Below, one piece after another: positions 47,685 to 56,613 of a stretch of 64,000 bases of DNA (position 1 is its first letter; each line of letters opens with the position of its first letter). Source of the DNA: Halocafeteria seosinensis (taxonomy: Eukaryota). Under the pieces are notes generated by a model. That model had not been told where the DNA came from, made no database searches, and saw nothing but the letters and a program-made list of their open reading frames with translations. Location of the stretch: assembly GCA_001687465.1 (NCBI GenBank), contig LVLI01000109.1, positions 1 to 64,000 of the forward strand, given 5' to 3'. The position numbers were made by a program, and so were the translations under genes.

Positions 47685-47906
47685 CTATTTTTTAGTTTTA
47701 CTTTTGGCCTTTTTCTTTCGTTGTCTTAGTTCCTTTTTAAACTTTGCTTTTTCTTCGGGGCTCGCAAGGATAAGGTCATCAATTTCCTGTTCAGTTTGAA
47801 AATTCCTGTTAGGAGCTTTTTTCTTTGTCCTGATTTTTTTCAGAAAATTAACAGCATCCTTGATTTCTTTTATAGGATTTTTTGCTCCACCTGTTGTTCC
47901 AACCAT
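47685..47906 (-). CDS. Small basic protein with GG motif (putative core protein)
   Basis: 'MVGTTGG|AKNPIKEIKDAVNFLKK..DDLILA'; paralog at 59667-60071. Confidence 0.65.
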   Translation of the reverse strand: MVGTTGGAKNPIKEIKDAVNFLKKIRTKKKAPNRNFQTEQEIDDLILASPEEKAKFKKELRQRKKKAKSKTKK

Positions 47907-47955
47907 TATTCTTATATAGCTCTTTTAGAAAAAAGTTCTTTTTTAGAAGCACAAC

Positions 47956-48687
47956 TTAAGCATATTCACGGACTCTAAGAGCTCTATCTGTTTGGTTGGA
48001 TATGGATTGGGCAATTACATCACTGCTACCATCCTGATAAACGAATAAATCAGGGTTATCATCAGACCTGAGATGAATATTAGTTAAACTATCTCCTAAT
48101 GGCTGTGGAGCATATGACCAGTGAAGCAGATAGTCGGTAGGTGTAGCCCCAACATCAAAAGCTTTACTTTGGGCGTCAGCCTTGGTATTACCAGTTCCGT
48201 CAAATACATTATCAATGGCGTCACGAGCACCAGTACTCATATTGTAAATGTAGAGCGTTCCGGCATCATCTTCCAACATAACATAAAGTTTAGAACCAGT
48301 CCGCTGTATCATTTCAAAATGAGTGGCATCAACAGCACTGGCGACATCACCCGCGACAGCTTTGTATTTGGAATCACCGGAACTCCATTGGTAGTAATAT
48401 TGGTCGGATTCACCAAGGGATATCTCCCCGCTGGGAGCTGTGACATCTACAACCATAGCGGACAATAGCGCTTCAATATCGTTTTGTTTGAGGTTGTTAA
48501 GACTGGTAATATCGTTATCGTTACTGGCAATATCAGATTGATTTTGCGCAATATCGTTTGAGTTGGTAGTCACATCACTTTGAAGAGTGGAGATATTACT
48601 TGAGTTGGTAGCTATACTAGCTCCGTTAGCGAAAACTAGGTCTCTAAGATAGTTTGAAAAGCCTCTGAACACATCACCTGCTGACAT
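47956..48687 (-). CDS. Putative fibre protein (coiled-coil stalk plus head)
   Basis: Asn-rich heptads 'IATNSSNISTLQSDVTTNSNDIAQNQSDIASNDNDITSL' followed by a beta-rich domain. Confidence 0.5.
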   Translation of the reverse strand: MSAGDVFRGFSNYLRDLVFANGASIATNSSNISTLQSDVTTNSNDIAQNQSDIASNDNDITSLNNLKQNDIEALLSAMVVDVTAPSGEISLGESDQYYYQWSSGDSKYKAVAGDVASAVDATHFEMIQRTGSKLYVMLEDDAGTLYIYNMSTGARDAIDNVFDGTGNTKADAQSKAFDVGATPTDYLLHWSYAPQPLGDSLTNIHLRSDDNPDLFVYQDGSSDVIAQSISNQTDRALRVREYA

Positions 48688-48764
48688 CTTTTTCTTATTA
48701 TATACCTATAGCTAAGAAAAAAAATGCTTTTGAATAATGTTTTGCCGTGCTTTTTCTAAAAGCA

Positions 48765-49034
48765 CTAGGGAATAGTTGAACCATCATCAAATTCTATAGT
48801 ATAGGTTTCCTTAAGATAACTGATATAATTTTCTAATTCAGTGACACGGTTCTTAAGGTTGTTAATTTCTTGGGTTAAGCTTTGAACATCGTCATCGAGA
48901 ATATCCTTAAGTTTTATTTTACCGTTAGACAATTCTAAACCGCTTCCGAGGCTCACTTTTTTGGTGATTTTGTCGGAATGTAGATACCGTTCAATAATAG
49001 TATTATCGTTATCAAGAATGAGTGCGACAGCCAT
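48765..49034 (-). CDS. Short fibre-like protein
   Basis: N-terminus 'MAVALILD...IIERYL' shared with the 52394 spike; shaft-like 'LGSGLELSNGKIKL'; coiled coil. Confidence 0.5.
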   Translation of the reverse strand: MAVALILDNDNTIIERYLHSDKITKKVSLGSGLELSNGKIKLKDILDDDVQSLTQEINNLKNRVTELENYISYLKETYTIEFDDGSTIP

Positions 49035-49165
49035 ACTGCTTTATAATAGATGATTTTAAAAAAATGCTTTTAAAAAAGCATGGCAAAACTGTGCTTTCCG
49101 CGTTAGCGTCTTCAAAAGAACTCTTTTCACATTAGCATCTTCAAAAGGCGGGCTGTTTTGCCGTG

Positions 49166-49720
49166 CTACTTTTGTTTTTGGATATCGCGGGTAAGCCAAG
49201 TTACAACTTGGTCATAGGTTTTTAAACCTAATTCCTTTTTGGCTTTATCCAAGGCTCTTTTATACTGTCCGATATCCAGATTTCTATTGCGGTATCTGAC
49301 TAAGGCGTGACGACCACAAGTATTGGAATCATCGGCCTGTAACTTGAACGGATTGTAGTAGATTGGCTTTTTTTCCAGACCTTGGGCTATTTTTTGGAGA
49401 ATTAGCGGGTTTTCTTGTCCTAACTCATCGTTCTTAGCTTCGGAAAGCCAAGCCAATGGTTTATCAGGGTATCCGCCGTAAGAATCAAAATATTCAACGT
49501 AATTGCCGTGGTCAATAAGCAAGACCCAGTGACCAAAATTATGCTTTTGGAGATATAAAACCATCAAAGCATGAGAAGGATTATCTAATAACTTACAGAT
49601 ATTATTCTTATTCAATTCATCATAGGTTTTTATAGGGACATGTAACCGTGTAAATTCTTGGAGCTGAGATTCGCTCAAGGCTATCTTTTCCAATTTCTTA
49701 ATTAGTTTCTTATTCACCAT
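49166..49720 (-). CDS. Adenain/Ulp1-like (clan CE) cysteine protease, virion maturation
   Basis: His 'GHWVLL', Asp 'EYFDSYG', Gln/Cys 'LQADDSNTCGRH'. Confidence 0.85.
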   Translation of the reverse strand: MVNKKLIKKLEKIALSESQLQEFTRLHVPIKTYDELNKNNICKLLDNPSHALMVLYLQKHNFGHWVLLIDHGNYVEYFDSYGGYPDKPLAWLSEAKNDELGQENPLILQKIAQGLEKKPIYYNPFKLQADDSNTCGRHALVRYRNRNLDIGQYKRALDKAKKELGLKTYDQVVTWLTRDIQKQK

Positions 49721-49900
49721 ATAGCTCTTTTTTAGAAAAAAGTATCTTCCGCGTTAGCGTCTTCAAAAGAACTTTAATAATTCTTTTGGAGTTCAATTCA
49801 AGTGTTTTTGATGCCACTTTTTCCTAAAAAGGGCTGTTTTGCCGTGCTTTTTTAAAAGCGAAGTTCAGGTGTTTTTGACGCCACTTTTTTTTAAAAAGGG

Positions 49901-50167
49901 CTAGGCACTAGCGATAGCACTAGCAATACCCTTGATTGATTTCTTAACTCCTGTTTTAAAAGCGTTTTTAGCCGTCTTTTTAGCACCTTCCCGAACTCCT
50001 TCTGGTAGATTATCGAAGATAGCTCTAGCGTTTTTGATTCCGAAGCCTCCTCGTTTAGTGGTTGGCTTATAAGTCTGAGATGCTAATTTAGAAACTTGAC
50101 TGAAAGATTTCTGGGGGTTTTGTTTGGCGACTTTACTGACGTGTTGATTCCAAGCTGTTTTTACCAT
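49901..50167 (-). CDS. Small basic protein with internal GG motif
   Basis: 'WNQHVSKVAKQNP..SKLASQTYK..KRGG|FG'. Confidence 0.6.
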   Translation of the reverse strand: MVKTAWNQHVSKVAKQNPQKSFSQVSKLASQTYKPTTKRGGFGIKNARAIFDNLPEGVREGAKKTAKNAFKTGVKKSIKGIASAIASA

Positions 50168-50218
50168 TCTGTCTATATAGCTCTTTTTTAGAAAAAAAGT
50201 AGCATCAAAAAATCTTTC

Positions 50219-50342
50219 CGCGTTAGCGTCTTCAAAAGAATGTTCTTTTTTAGAAAAAAAGTAACGTCAAAAAACTCTTTCGCGTTAGCGTCTTCAAAAG
50301 AATGTTCTTTTTTAGAAAAAAAGTAACGTCAAAAAACTCTTT
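50219..50342. repeat. Exact tandem duplication of a 62-bp R3+R1 module
   Basis: cgcgttagcgtcttcaaaagaatgttcttttttagaaaaaaagtaacgtcaaaaaactcttt x2. Confidence 0.95.
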
Positions 50343-50361
50343 CTAAAAGCACAAAAAGGGC

Positions 50362-50949
50362 TTAAAAAAAGTTTCGACAGATAGGACAAGACAATTTCTC
50401 CAGATGGGGGTAACAATCTAGACAGACAAAGTGATTACACCGTTTCCATAAATAAACGAGAGCCGGTTTCTCTTTGATACAAATGGGGCAGTCTTCAAAA
50501 TAAGGGTTTTTCAGAGTACTAAACGGGACACACTGGATATTGGGACGAAAATAACGACGAACGGCACTATATTGGGCTTTTTCAAGTGCTATCTGACGAT
50601 ATGACTCGCCGGAATAACAGTTTAAGTCCCAATCTGCACCGTGTTGTTCAAAGAACTTGACCATATATAGAGGAGCGGAAGTAACGACTGCCCATAAAGG
50701 AGAAAAAATCCACGGTTCTTCTTCTTGATGACATTCATTCGGATGAATATAATTAATAATTAGATATCTGACGAATTCATACTTGCGACAATGGAGGGCA
50801 TGAACGACATCAACAGGTTCAACCGGCATATGTTTTAATTCACAAGCGTATCTAAGAACCGCTAAATCGTTACATCTTTCAATGATACAATCAATCCTCC
50901 CCATTATGAAACAGGGAGTATGAGCCAAACATCCAATCACACGATTCAT
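50362..50949 (-). CDS. Ankyrin-like plus RING finger protein
   Basis: 'SPLWAVV..MVKFFEQHGAD' ankyrin-like; C3HC4 'CPIC..CNHFVCLDC..CPICR'; ATG 50949 directly after the R1 motif. Confidence 0.75.
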   Translation of the reverse strand: MNRVIGCLAHTPCFIMGRIDCIIERCNDLAVLRYACELKHMPVEPVDVVHALHCRKYEFVRYLIINYIHPNECHQEEEPWIFSPLWAVVTSAPLYMVKFFEQHGADWDLNCYSGESYRQIALEKAQYSAVRRYFRPNIQCVPFSTLKNPYFEDCPICIKEKPALVYLWKRCNHFVCLDCYPHLEKLSCPICRNFF

Positions 50950-51045
50950 ATAGCTCTTTTTTAGAAAAAAAGTAGCGTCAAAAAACTCTTCCACTCTAAT
51001 AATTCTTTTGGAGTTCAAGTGTTTTGCTGTGCTTTTTTAAAAGCA

Positions 51046-51195
51046 CTAGGGCTTGATACTGATTTTGGAACAGGTCATTTGGGAGTCTTCGTAGAGACAG
51101 CTACTTCGGCATCGTAATTTCTTAAAAAGTTTGTAGAAAAATGGTATTGCTCCCATCCCTCCGGTAATTATTAGGACTATAGTTATTATTTCCAT
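51046..51195 (-). CDS. 49-aa single-pass membrane protein (not in ORF track)
   Basis: MEIITIVLIITGGMGAIPFFYKLFKKLRCRSSC...; paralog at 59487-59639. Confidence 0.65.
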   Translation of the reverse strand: MEIITIVLIITGGMGAIPFFYKLFKKLRCRSSCLYEDSQMTCSKISIKP

Positions 51196-51231
51196 ACCCT
51201 ATACTTAAGGGTAAATAAATAAAATCCCCCT

Positions 51232-52335
51232 TTAGCGGAGTCTATACTTAATCCCTATCTTTTTAACAGGTTTTTTGCCAGTTTTATTCTTTTTGTTTTT
51301 CCTATTAGTAGTTTTGCCGTGCTTTTTTAAAAGCACAGTTTTGCCTTGACCTAGTGGTGGTGTTGGTGGTCGGTTTTGTGCTGGTGGTGGTGGTGTTGGT
51401 GGTGTTGGTGGTCGGTCTCTAGTAGATGCTTCGGGTTCAGCCGATAACATCCCTGTGCTCAGTTTCTCGATAGTAGCATTGCTAATTTTACTCCATGTAC
51501 GGATATCGGAGCTGTTTTGTAGTGTGCCAATCAATGATGCGTGACTCGTAGATGTAAGCTTATCAAAGACGGTTTGTATGTCTTGTGTACGCCCTTGTTG
51601 ATGAAAGGTTTGTCGTAGTATCGTTGTCAGAAGAAACATAATAATCAAAATTCGGAAGGGTTGCTTATTGGCTTGGATAAGTTGCCACGTAACTTGGCTG
51701 GAACTAAGAATAGCATTCAAGAGAGACTGTATTTTTTCTAACTGCTGTTCGTTAAATTTAGTTCCTTGTTTTTCTATGTTATTCATAGCCCGACCTAGTT
51801 CTTCAATCTTGACTTCAGAAATACGGGCTTTGGAACTTGTTACAGCGGAACGGACATCTTGAAGAACTTGTATGATACGTAGGTATTCACCTCGGTTTTC
51901 AGTCAATGGGAGCGTATCTTTATCAAGAATTTGTTTAGCTTGTTGCCCTTCTTGTTTGTTTTCGGCGTTACGCCGTAATAACCGTTGCTTTTCACGGACT
52001 AATTCATTTTCTTCGTTGGCGTTTTTTTTTATTAGAGCCCCTCCTGAATTGCTTTTGTTTTGGAATCGTCCAACCTCATCGGTTTCAAGAGATTGATTTT
52101 TTCCTTGATTGAATGCTCGATAGACCTTTTTGGTTTCAATTCGTTTTTGAATAAAGTTGATTTTGGCTTGTTGTAGCCGATTGGAATTAGTGAAGGTCTT
52201 CTTACTAGGCTTTTCTGTGATGTAAGGAGAATTAAAGAAAAACTTATAGGTTGGGTCACCCATACGACCATAATCAAGAGTAGGACGATGAGGTTGTTCA
52301 AACATTGCGTTGCCTTTAAATCCGCGTGAAGTCAT
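51232..52335 (-). CDS. Hypothetical helical protein with Pro-rich and basic tail
   Basis: 367-aa ORF preceded by the R1-type motif; an R2 repeat is translated in its tail. Confidence 0.6.
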   Translation of the reverse strand: MTSRGFKGNAMFEQPHRPTLDYGRMGDPTYKFFFNSPYITEKPSKKTFTNSNRLQQAKINFIQKRIETKKVYRAFNQGKNQSLETDEVGRFQNKSNSGGALIKKNANEENELVREKQRLLRRNAENKQEGQQAKQILDKDTLPLTENRGEYLRIIQVLQDVRSAVTSSKARISEVKIEELGRAMNNIEKQGTKFNEQQLEKIQSLLNAILSSSQVTWQLIQANKQPFRILIIMFLLTTILRQTFHQQGRTQDIQTVFDKLTSTSHASLIGTLQNSSDIRTWSKISNATIEKLSTGMLSAEPEASTRDRPPTPPTPPPPAQNRPPTPPLGQGKTVLLKKHGKTTNRKNKKNKTGKKPVKKIGIKYRLR

Positions 52336-52393
52336 TTCTCTATAGCTCTTTTTTAGAAAAAAATTTCTGAAAAATAACTATAAGGAATAAAAG

Positions 52394-53845
52394 ATGGCAG
52401 TAGCACAAATCTTGGATGATACGGGAAAAATTTTACAAAGATACATTCCGGATACTGAACACGATAGTTTTAGTGTAATAATTGCTTCGTCGGAAGCCCC
52501 ACAAGATGTTAAAGACAGTGCTGACTATGTTTGTTCTGGAACGGATGACCAAAACACAATTCAGAATGCTATTAATCAGGCTCAAGATGGGGATGTTATA
52601 CGGCTTACTAGTGGGAAATTTTTTATTGATGGAGGTAGTACCAACAATGGAAATGTGGCAATTAACTTATTAAGCGGAATTTCATTTCGTGGCTCATCTA
52701 GCAGTGGAACTATTTTAGAAGTTAACGCTAATTTTGATACTGCTATCAGAACGTTACATGCCGATGATAATAAAGATAATATAGCAATTCGTGATTTATT
52801 TGTTGACAACCAATGGGCAACTCGTGGAAGTCCAGCAGATGACCGTGGTCTTATAATTTCTACCTGTAGTTCGGTTGTTGTAGAAAATATACGCCTCGCG
52901 GATGCCGACGTAGGAGGTGAATTTAACGATAACACGTTATTTCGCGGTAATAATATTTTATGTTCCAACTGTAGTGCCGGTATTATTATAAATGGAACAG
53001 AAGCTAAAATGCCCATATATAACGGGATAAAGTGTGTGGATTGTAACAACGGAATACAGTTAAAAGGAGGATATACAACTTTGCGAGACTGTCAGTTATT
53101 GAACTGTAACGTAAATGGGGGAGATGGTGCTCTGTGGCTATATGGCTCTTCTCGTAACTTGATAGAAAATATTTCTATTCGTTCTGATACTCAAGGTTCT
53201 CCAACAGTAAAAGGAATTTATTTTGGAGATGATGGAGAGGGAAATCATAGTAGCAATAACAAACTGAGACAACTGTACCTTGAGAACTGTACTACAGGTA
53301 TGGACTTCGACCAATTAAATCAAACTAACTTTATTAGCGATGCTTGGTGTGTAAGCAATAACCGAGACGTATCTCAAAATCAAGGAGCACAAAACGAATT
53401 TTCAGGTCTGGATATTAGCAAAAAGATAGACCAACAGTACCTTTCCGCTATCTCCTCAACGGATGCTTCAATACGTATCAAGAATTCCACTATTGATATG
53501 TTTACCAGCACTGTCGACAATATTGGTGACCATTGTATTAGTATTGGGGGTAACGGTGATGGTACAAGAAACATTATCACGAACAATCGACTTCGTTCGT
53601 CCAAAGTATCTGGTGTGTTAGTTGAATTCTCTAACGTGGGAGAACCGAGTAACAATCCTTTCTTAATGATTAGTTCAAATACTATTTTTAATTGTGGAAA
53701 TTTTGGTTTAGAAATAAAAAATACAAAGAAATCCCTTATTACCGGTAATCTGGCGGAGAATAATACCGCATCAATTAACACTTTGAGTAATGATAGTAAC
53801 TCTGATTATACTGTGGTTGCCAATAGCTTTGCCAACCAACCATAA
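52394..53845 (+). CDS. Right-handed beta-helix (pectin-lyase-like) spike protein
   Basis: 'ADYVCSGTDDQNTIQNAINQA..GDVIRLTSGKFFI' tailspike-type start; Asn/Ile-rich PbH1-like repeats. Confidence 0.75.
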   Translation: MAVAQILDDTGKILQRYIPDTEHDSFSVIIASSEAPQDVKDSADYVCSGTDDQNTIQNAINQAQDGDVIRLTSGKFFIDGGSTNNGNVAINLLSGISFRGSSSSGTILEVNANFDTAIRTLHADDNKDNIAIRDLFVDNQWATRGSPADDRGLIISTCSSVVVENIRLADADVGGEFNDNTLFRGNNILCSNCSAGIIINGTEAKMPIYNGIKCVDCNNGIQLKGGYTTLRDCQLLNCNVNGGDGALWLYGSSRNLIENISIRSDTQGSPTVKGIYFGDDGEGNHSSNNKLRQLYLENCTTGMDFDQLNQTNFISDAWCVSNNRDVSQNQGAQNEFSGLDISKKIDQQYLSAISSTDASIRIKNSTIDMFTSTVDNIGDHCISIGGNGDGTRNIITNNRLRSSKVSGVLVEFSNVGEPSNNPFLMISSNTIFNCGNFGLEIKNTKKSLITGNLAENNTASINTLSNDSNSDYTVVANSFANQP

Positions 53846-53939
53846 GTGCTTTTAAAAAAGCACGGCAAAACTTTTTCCGCGTTAGCGTCTTCAAAAGAAA
53901 TATAATAATTCTTTTGAAGTTTAGGTGTTTTTGAAGCCA

Positions 53940-54911
53940 CTAAGAGCACAGAGCATAGTATCGGCAAACTGTTTCAGGTAGTTTAACACCGTTAGGTAGT
54001 TCAACTATTTCTTCATCTGGATGACCATACCCTAACTTAACTAAATCGTTTTTAGTGGGGGGTTTCAACTTACCACCGCCTCGTTTCACGGCGTCAGCCT
54101 TTGTCAAACCTTGGAAATTAATTAGTGAATGGTTCTTAACATTGGACTTAGCTACGCGTGGGAAGACAACTAAACCCCGTCTCAAGAATCGTCCTGATAA
54201 TTCAAAAAGTGGGTCACCTTTGATATACCAGAAACTGAAATTTTTAGGGGTTCGTAAAAGGTCTCGGGGTTGTAAAGCACCGTTATATCCGCGACCCGAC
54301 TTGCCTATTTTGAAATCCCGATGAATTTGAAGTTGAATTGCGTTGCCTAAACTATGTCCGGTTAAGAAAAAGCAAATCTCAGACATTTGGTCTTCGTAGG
54401 ATTTCAGAATTTCTGTTGTAGCTTTCGAATCCGCTTGATATCTTGGACTATCGGTCAATCGGTTAAACATAATATTCTTATCGGCGACAATGTCTTGGAC
54501 ATCTAGTTGAGTGCCACGGTAAGCAATAACAACTGAATTAACTAATTTATCTTGATAAACGGCGACTGTAGGAGTAGAAATATTGGCTTGGTATTGCCAC
54601 CAATCATTAATGAGCATAGGTCGTTTCTTGGGAGCTTCATAAGATGCCGAACAAATTTGAAAATAGCTTTTGTCACTAGGCTCTTTACAGCCTTTAAACA
54701 TTTGACCATTCTTGGCTTTGGCACGTGTCTGGATATCATCCACTACTTCTTTTTTGTCCTGCTCCGCGTTAGCGTCCTCTTGCTCGTTTTGCCCACTTTT
54801 GCTTTCTTTAGCTGTCTTAGCTTTTTTATTATTAACTTTGGTATTTACTTCTTTGGCTAGATTTTCCTGAAGTTTGTCAAGTTTTTTCAACAATTTAGTA
54901 ATACGACTCAT
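53940..54911 (-). CDS. Class-3 lipase-like alpha/beta hydrolase
   Basis: 'VVIAYRGT', nucleophile elbow 'LTGHSLG', 'GDP', C-terminal 'HSL'. Confidence 0.8.
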   Translation of the reverse strand: MSRITKLLKKLDKLQENLAKEVNTKVNNKKAKTAKESKSGQNEQEDANAEQDKKEVVDDIQTRAKAKNGQMFKGCKEPSDKSYFQICSASYEAPKKRPMLINDWWQYQANISTPTVAVYQDKLVNSVVIAYRGTQLDVQDIVADKNIMFNRLTDSPRYQADSKATTEILKSYEDQMSEICFFLTGHSLGNAIQLQIHRDFKIGKSGRGYNGALQPRDLLRTPKNFSFWYIKGDPLFELSGRFLRRGLVVFPRVAKSNVKNHSLINFQGLTKADAVKRGGGKLKPPTKNDLVKLGYGHPDEEIVELPNGVKLPETVCRYYALCS

Positions 54912-54971
54912 TATAATTATTCGTTTTAAAATCTAAGAATTTTTTGACGCTACTTTTTTATAAAAAGAGCA

Positions 54972-55472
54972 ATGACATTAATTTCACCTTGGTTTTGTTT
55001 CTATTGTCGTATAGAACCCGAACAATGGGTAGTTGAGGACTGGTTACGAAAAACATTTAACCAACTTTACCTTCGTTTGAAGTTAGAAGACGAACCGCAT
55101 TTAGCATTCATCTGGGATGCTGGAAAGAAAGAAATATGGCTACAATTCCCGCACATTTGGGTATCTCAAGAGGATTTGGAACGCTTACGTAGGACTATTA
55201 TTTGGATAGTCCAAGACAAGTTTGTGAATAAGGACATCATCGAAGATATTATCACCTTCAGCAAACCACCGGTTATTGAGGGAGGAAACCTACCTCGTCC
55301 AGTATTTATTGAAAAGGTAAGTCAAGTAGGTAAGACACTTTATTATGAAATTACTGATATTACTGACGAACTAGATGATAATACGGAAGCACAATGGGAC
55401 TATTTTAAGAAGGCTTGTTCATCAACTGGTCATCCGAATGACCCACATAGGGAATACAAAATCATCATCTAG
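54972..55472 (+). CDS. Hypothetical protein (weak resemblance to an inactive AEP primase-like domain)
   Basis: 166-aa ORF bracketed by inverted R1; 'KEIWLQFPHIWV' weakly recalls the 'GIHL.FP.I.V' motif. Confidence 0.45.
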   Translation: MTLISPWFCFYCRIEPEQWVVEDWLRKTFNQLYLRLKLEDEPHLAFIWDAGKKEIWLQFPHIWVSQEDLERLRRTIIWIVQDKFVNKDIIEDIITFSKPPVIEGGNLPRPVFIEKVSQVGKTLYYEITDITDELDDNTEAQWDYFKKACSSTGHPNDPHREYKIII

Positions 55473-55574
55473 GTGCTTTTAAAAAAAAAGTGGCGTCAAA
55501 AACCTAAACTGACTAGGACGCTGACGCGAAAAGTGTTTTTGATGCCACTTTTTTTCAAAAAGGGCTTATATAGT

Positions 55575-55829
55575 ATGTATCTTAAAGATTCCAGAGTTAA
55601 ACCAAGTCTATCATTGCTTAATACACCTGAAGACCAGTTTTTTAGTATGATAAAGGATTGGAAAAAAGAACTGATGGAATGGAGGGAAAAAAATAAAGAT
55701 TTCTCAGCAGGTGATACTGTGTCATGTGACCACCAGACCATGTATATAATGGTTAATGTTCTAGGTATAGTTCAATGTACCCCCGATATGTCTATTGATA
55801 ATTTTGAAAAGTATAAGGTATGCTTTTAA
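55575..55829 (+). CDS. Hypothetical protein
   Basis: ATG 55575 follows R1; stop lies inside an R2-type palindrome. Confidence 0.5.
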   Translation: MYLKDSRVKPSLSLLNTPEDQFFSMIKDWKKELMEWREKNKDFSAGDTVSCDHQTMYIMVNVLGIVQCTPDMSIDNFEKYKVCF

Positions 55830-55862
55830 AAGCATTTTTTTCTAAAAAAGAGCTATATAAGA

Positions 55863-56455
55863 ATGAAACTATTAGAACTATTCAGCGGAACAAAAAGTAT
55901 TGGAAAAGTATTTGAACCAAATGGTTGGATGGTGGTTTCCGTGGATAGTGATTCAAAATCTGAGCCGACTATTTGTGAAGATATTCTTAAACTTGATTAC
56001 AAATCCTTATGGCAACCAAAAGAGTTTGATGTAGTATGGGCAAGTCCACCGTGTACCGAATATTCCAGAATTTAGAATTAGCTAACAAAATTGTTCAAAG
56101 AACTTTGGAAATTATTATTTACCTTCAACCCAAATTTTGGTTTATTGAAAACCCCGATTCTGGATTGCTGAAAAATCAAGATTTTATGAAAAATATCCCT
56201 TTCACCAGAGCAGATTATTGTAAATATGGCTATAAATACCGTAAAAGAACGAGATTTTGGGGGACTGTTGAAGGTTTGGAACTGAAAATGTGTAAGTATG
56301 ATTGTCCAGCAACTGATGAAACAGGGAAAAAACATCTTACTTCAATAGGACAACACAGAACAGGAAATGGTCAAGTAGATAGGACTACATTAAATAAAAG
56401 ACATTCAATTCCACCTGCGTTATGTAAAGCATTTTATGATTACGTGTGCTTTTAA
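55863..56455 (+). pseudogene. C5-cytosine DNA methyltransferase, frameshifted near 56070
   Basis: Motif I 'LELFSGT', motif IV 'WASPPCTEYS', then in another frame motif VI 'FIENP' and motif VIII 'KRTRFW'. Confidence 0.8.
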
Positions 56456-56613
56456 AAAAGCACGGCAAAACACTTGAACTTCAAAAGAATTATTAGAGTT
56501 CTTTCTAAGACGCTAACGCGGAAAGAGTTTTGAAGTTTTTTAGATGCTTTATGCTTTTAAAAAAGCATGGCAAAACTTTTTTGATGCTACTTTTTTTTCC
56601 AAAAAAGAGCTAT

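Noticed and set aside
51232..52335. Major capsid protein candidate
   Set aside because: Sequence looks helical/coiled with a Pro-rich tail, not a beta-rich double jelly-roll.
47629..56521. R3 (GCGTTAGCG) as a true integron attC core
   Set aside because: It does not fit GTTRRRY, no paired RYYYAAC box is evident, and no integron integrase is present; only the structural analogy for R1 is kept.
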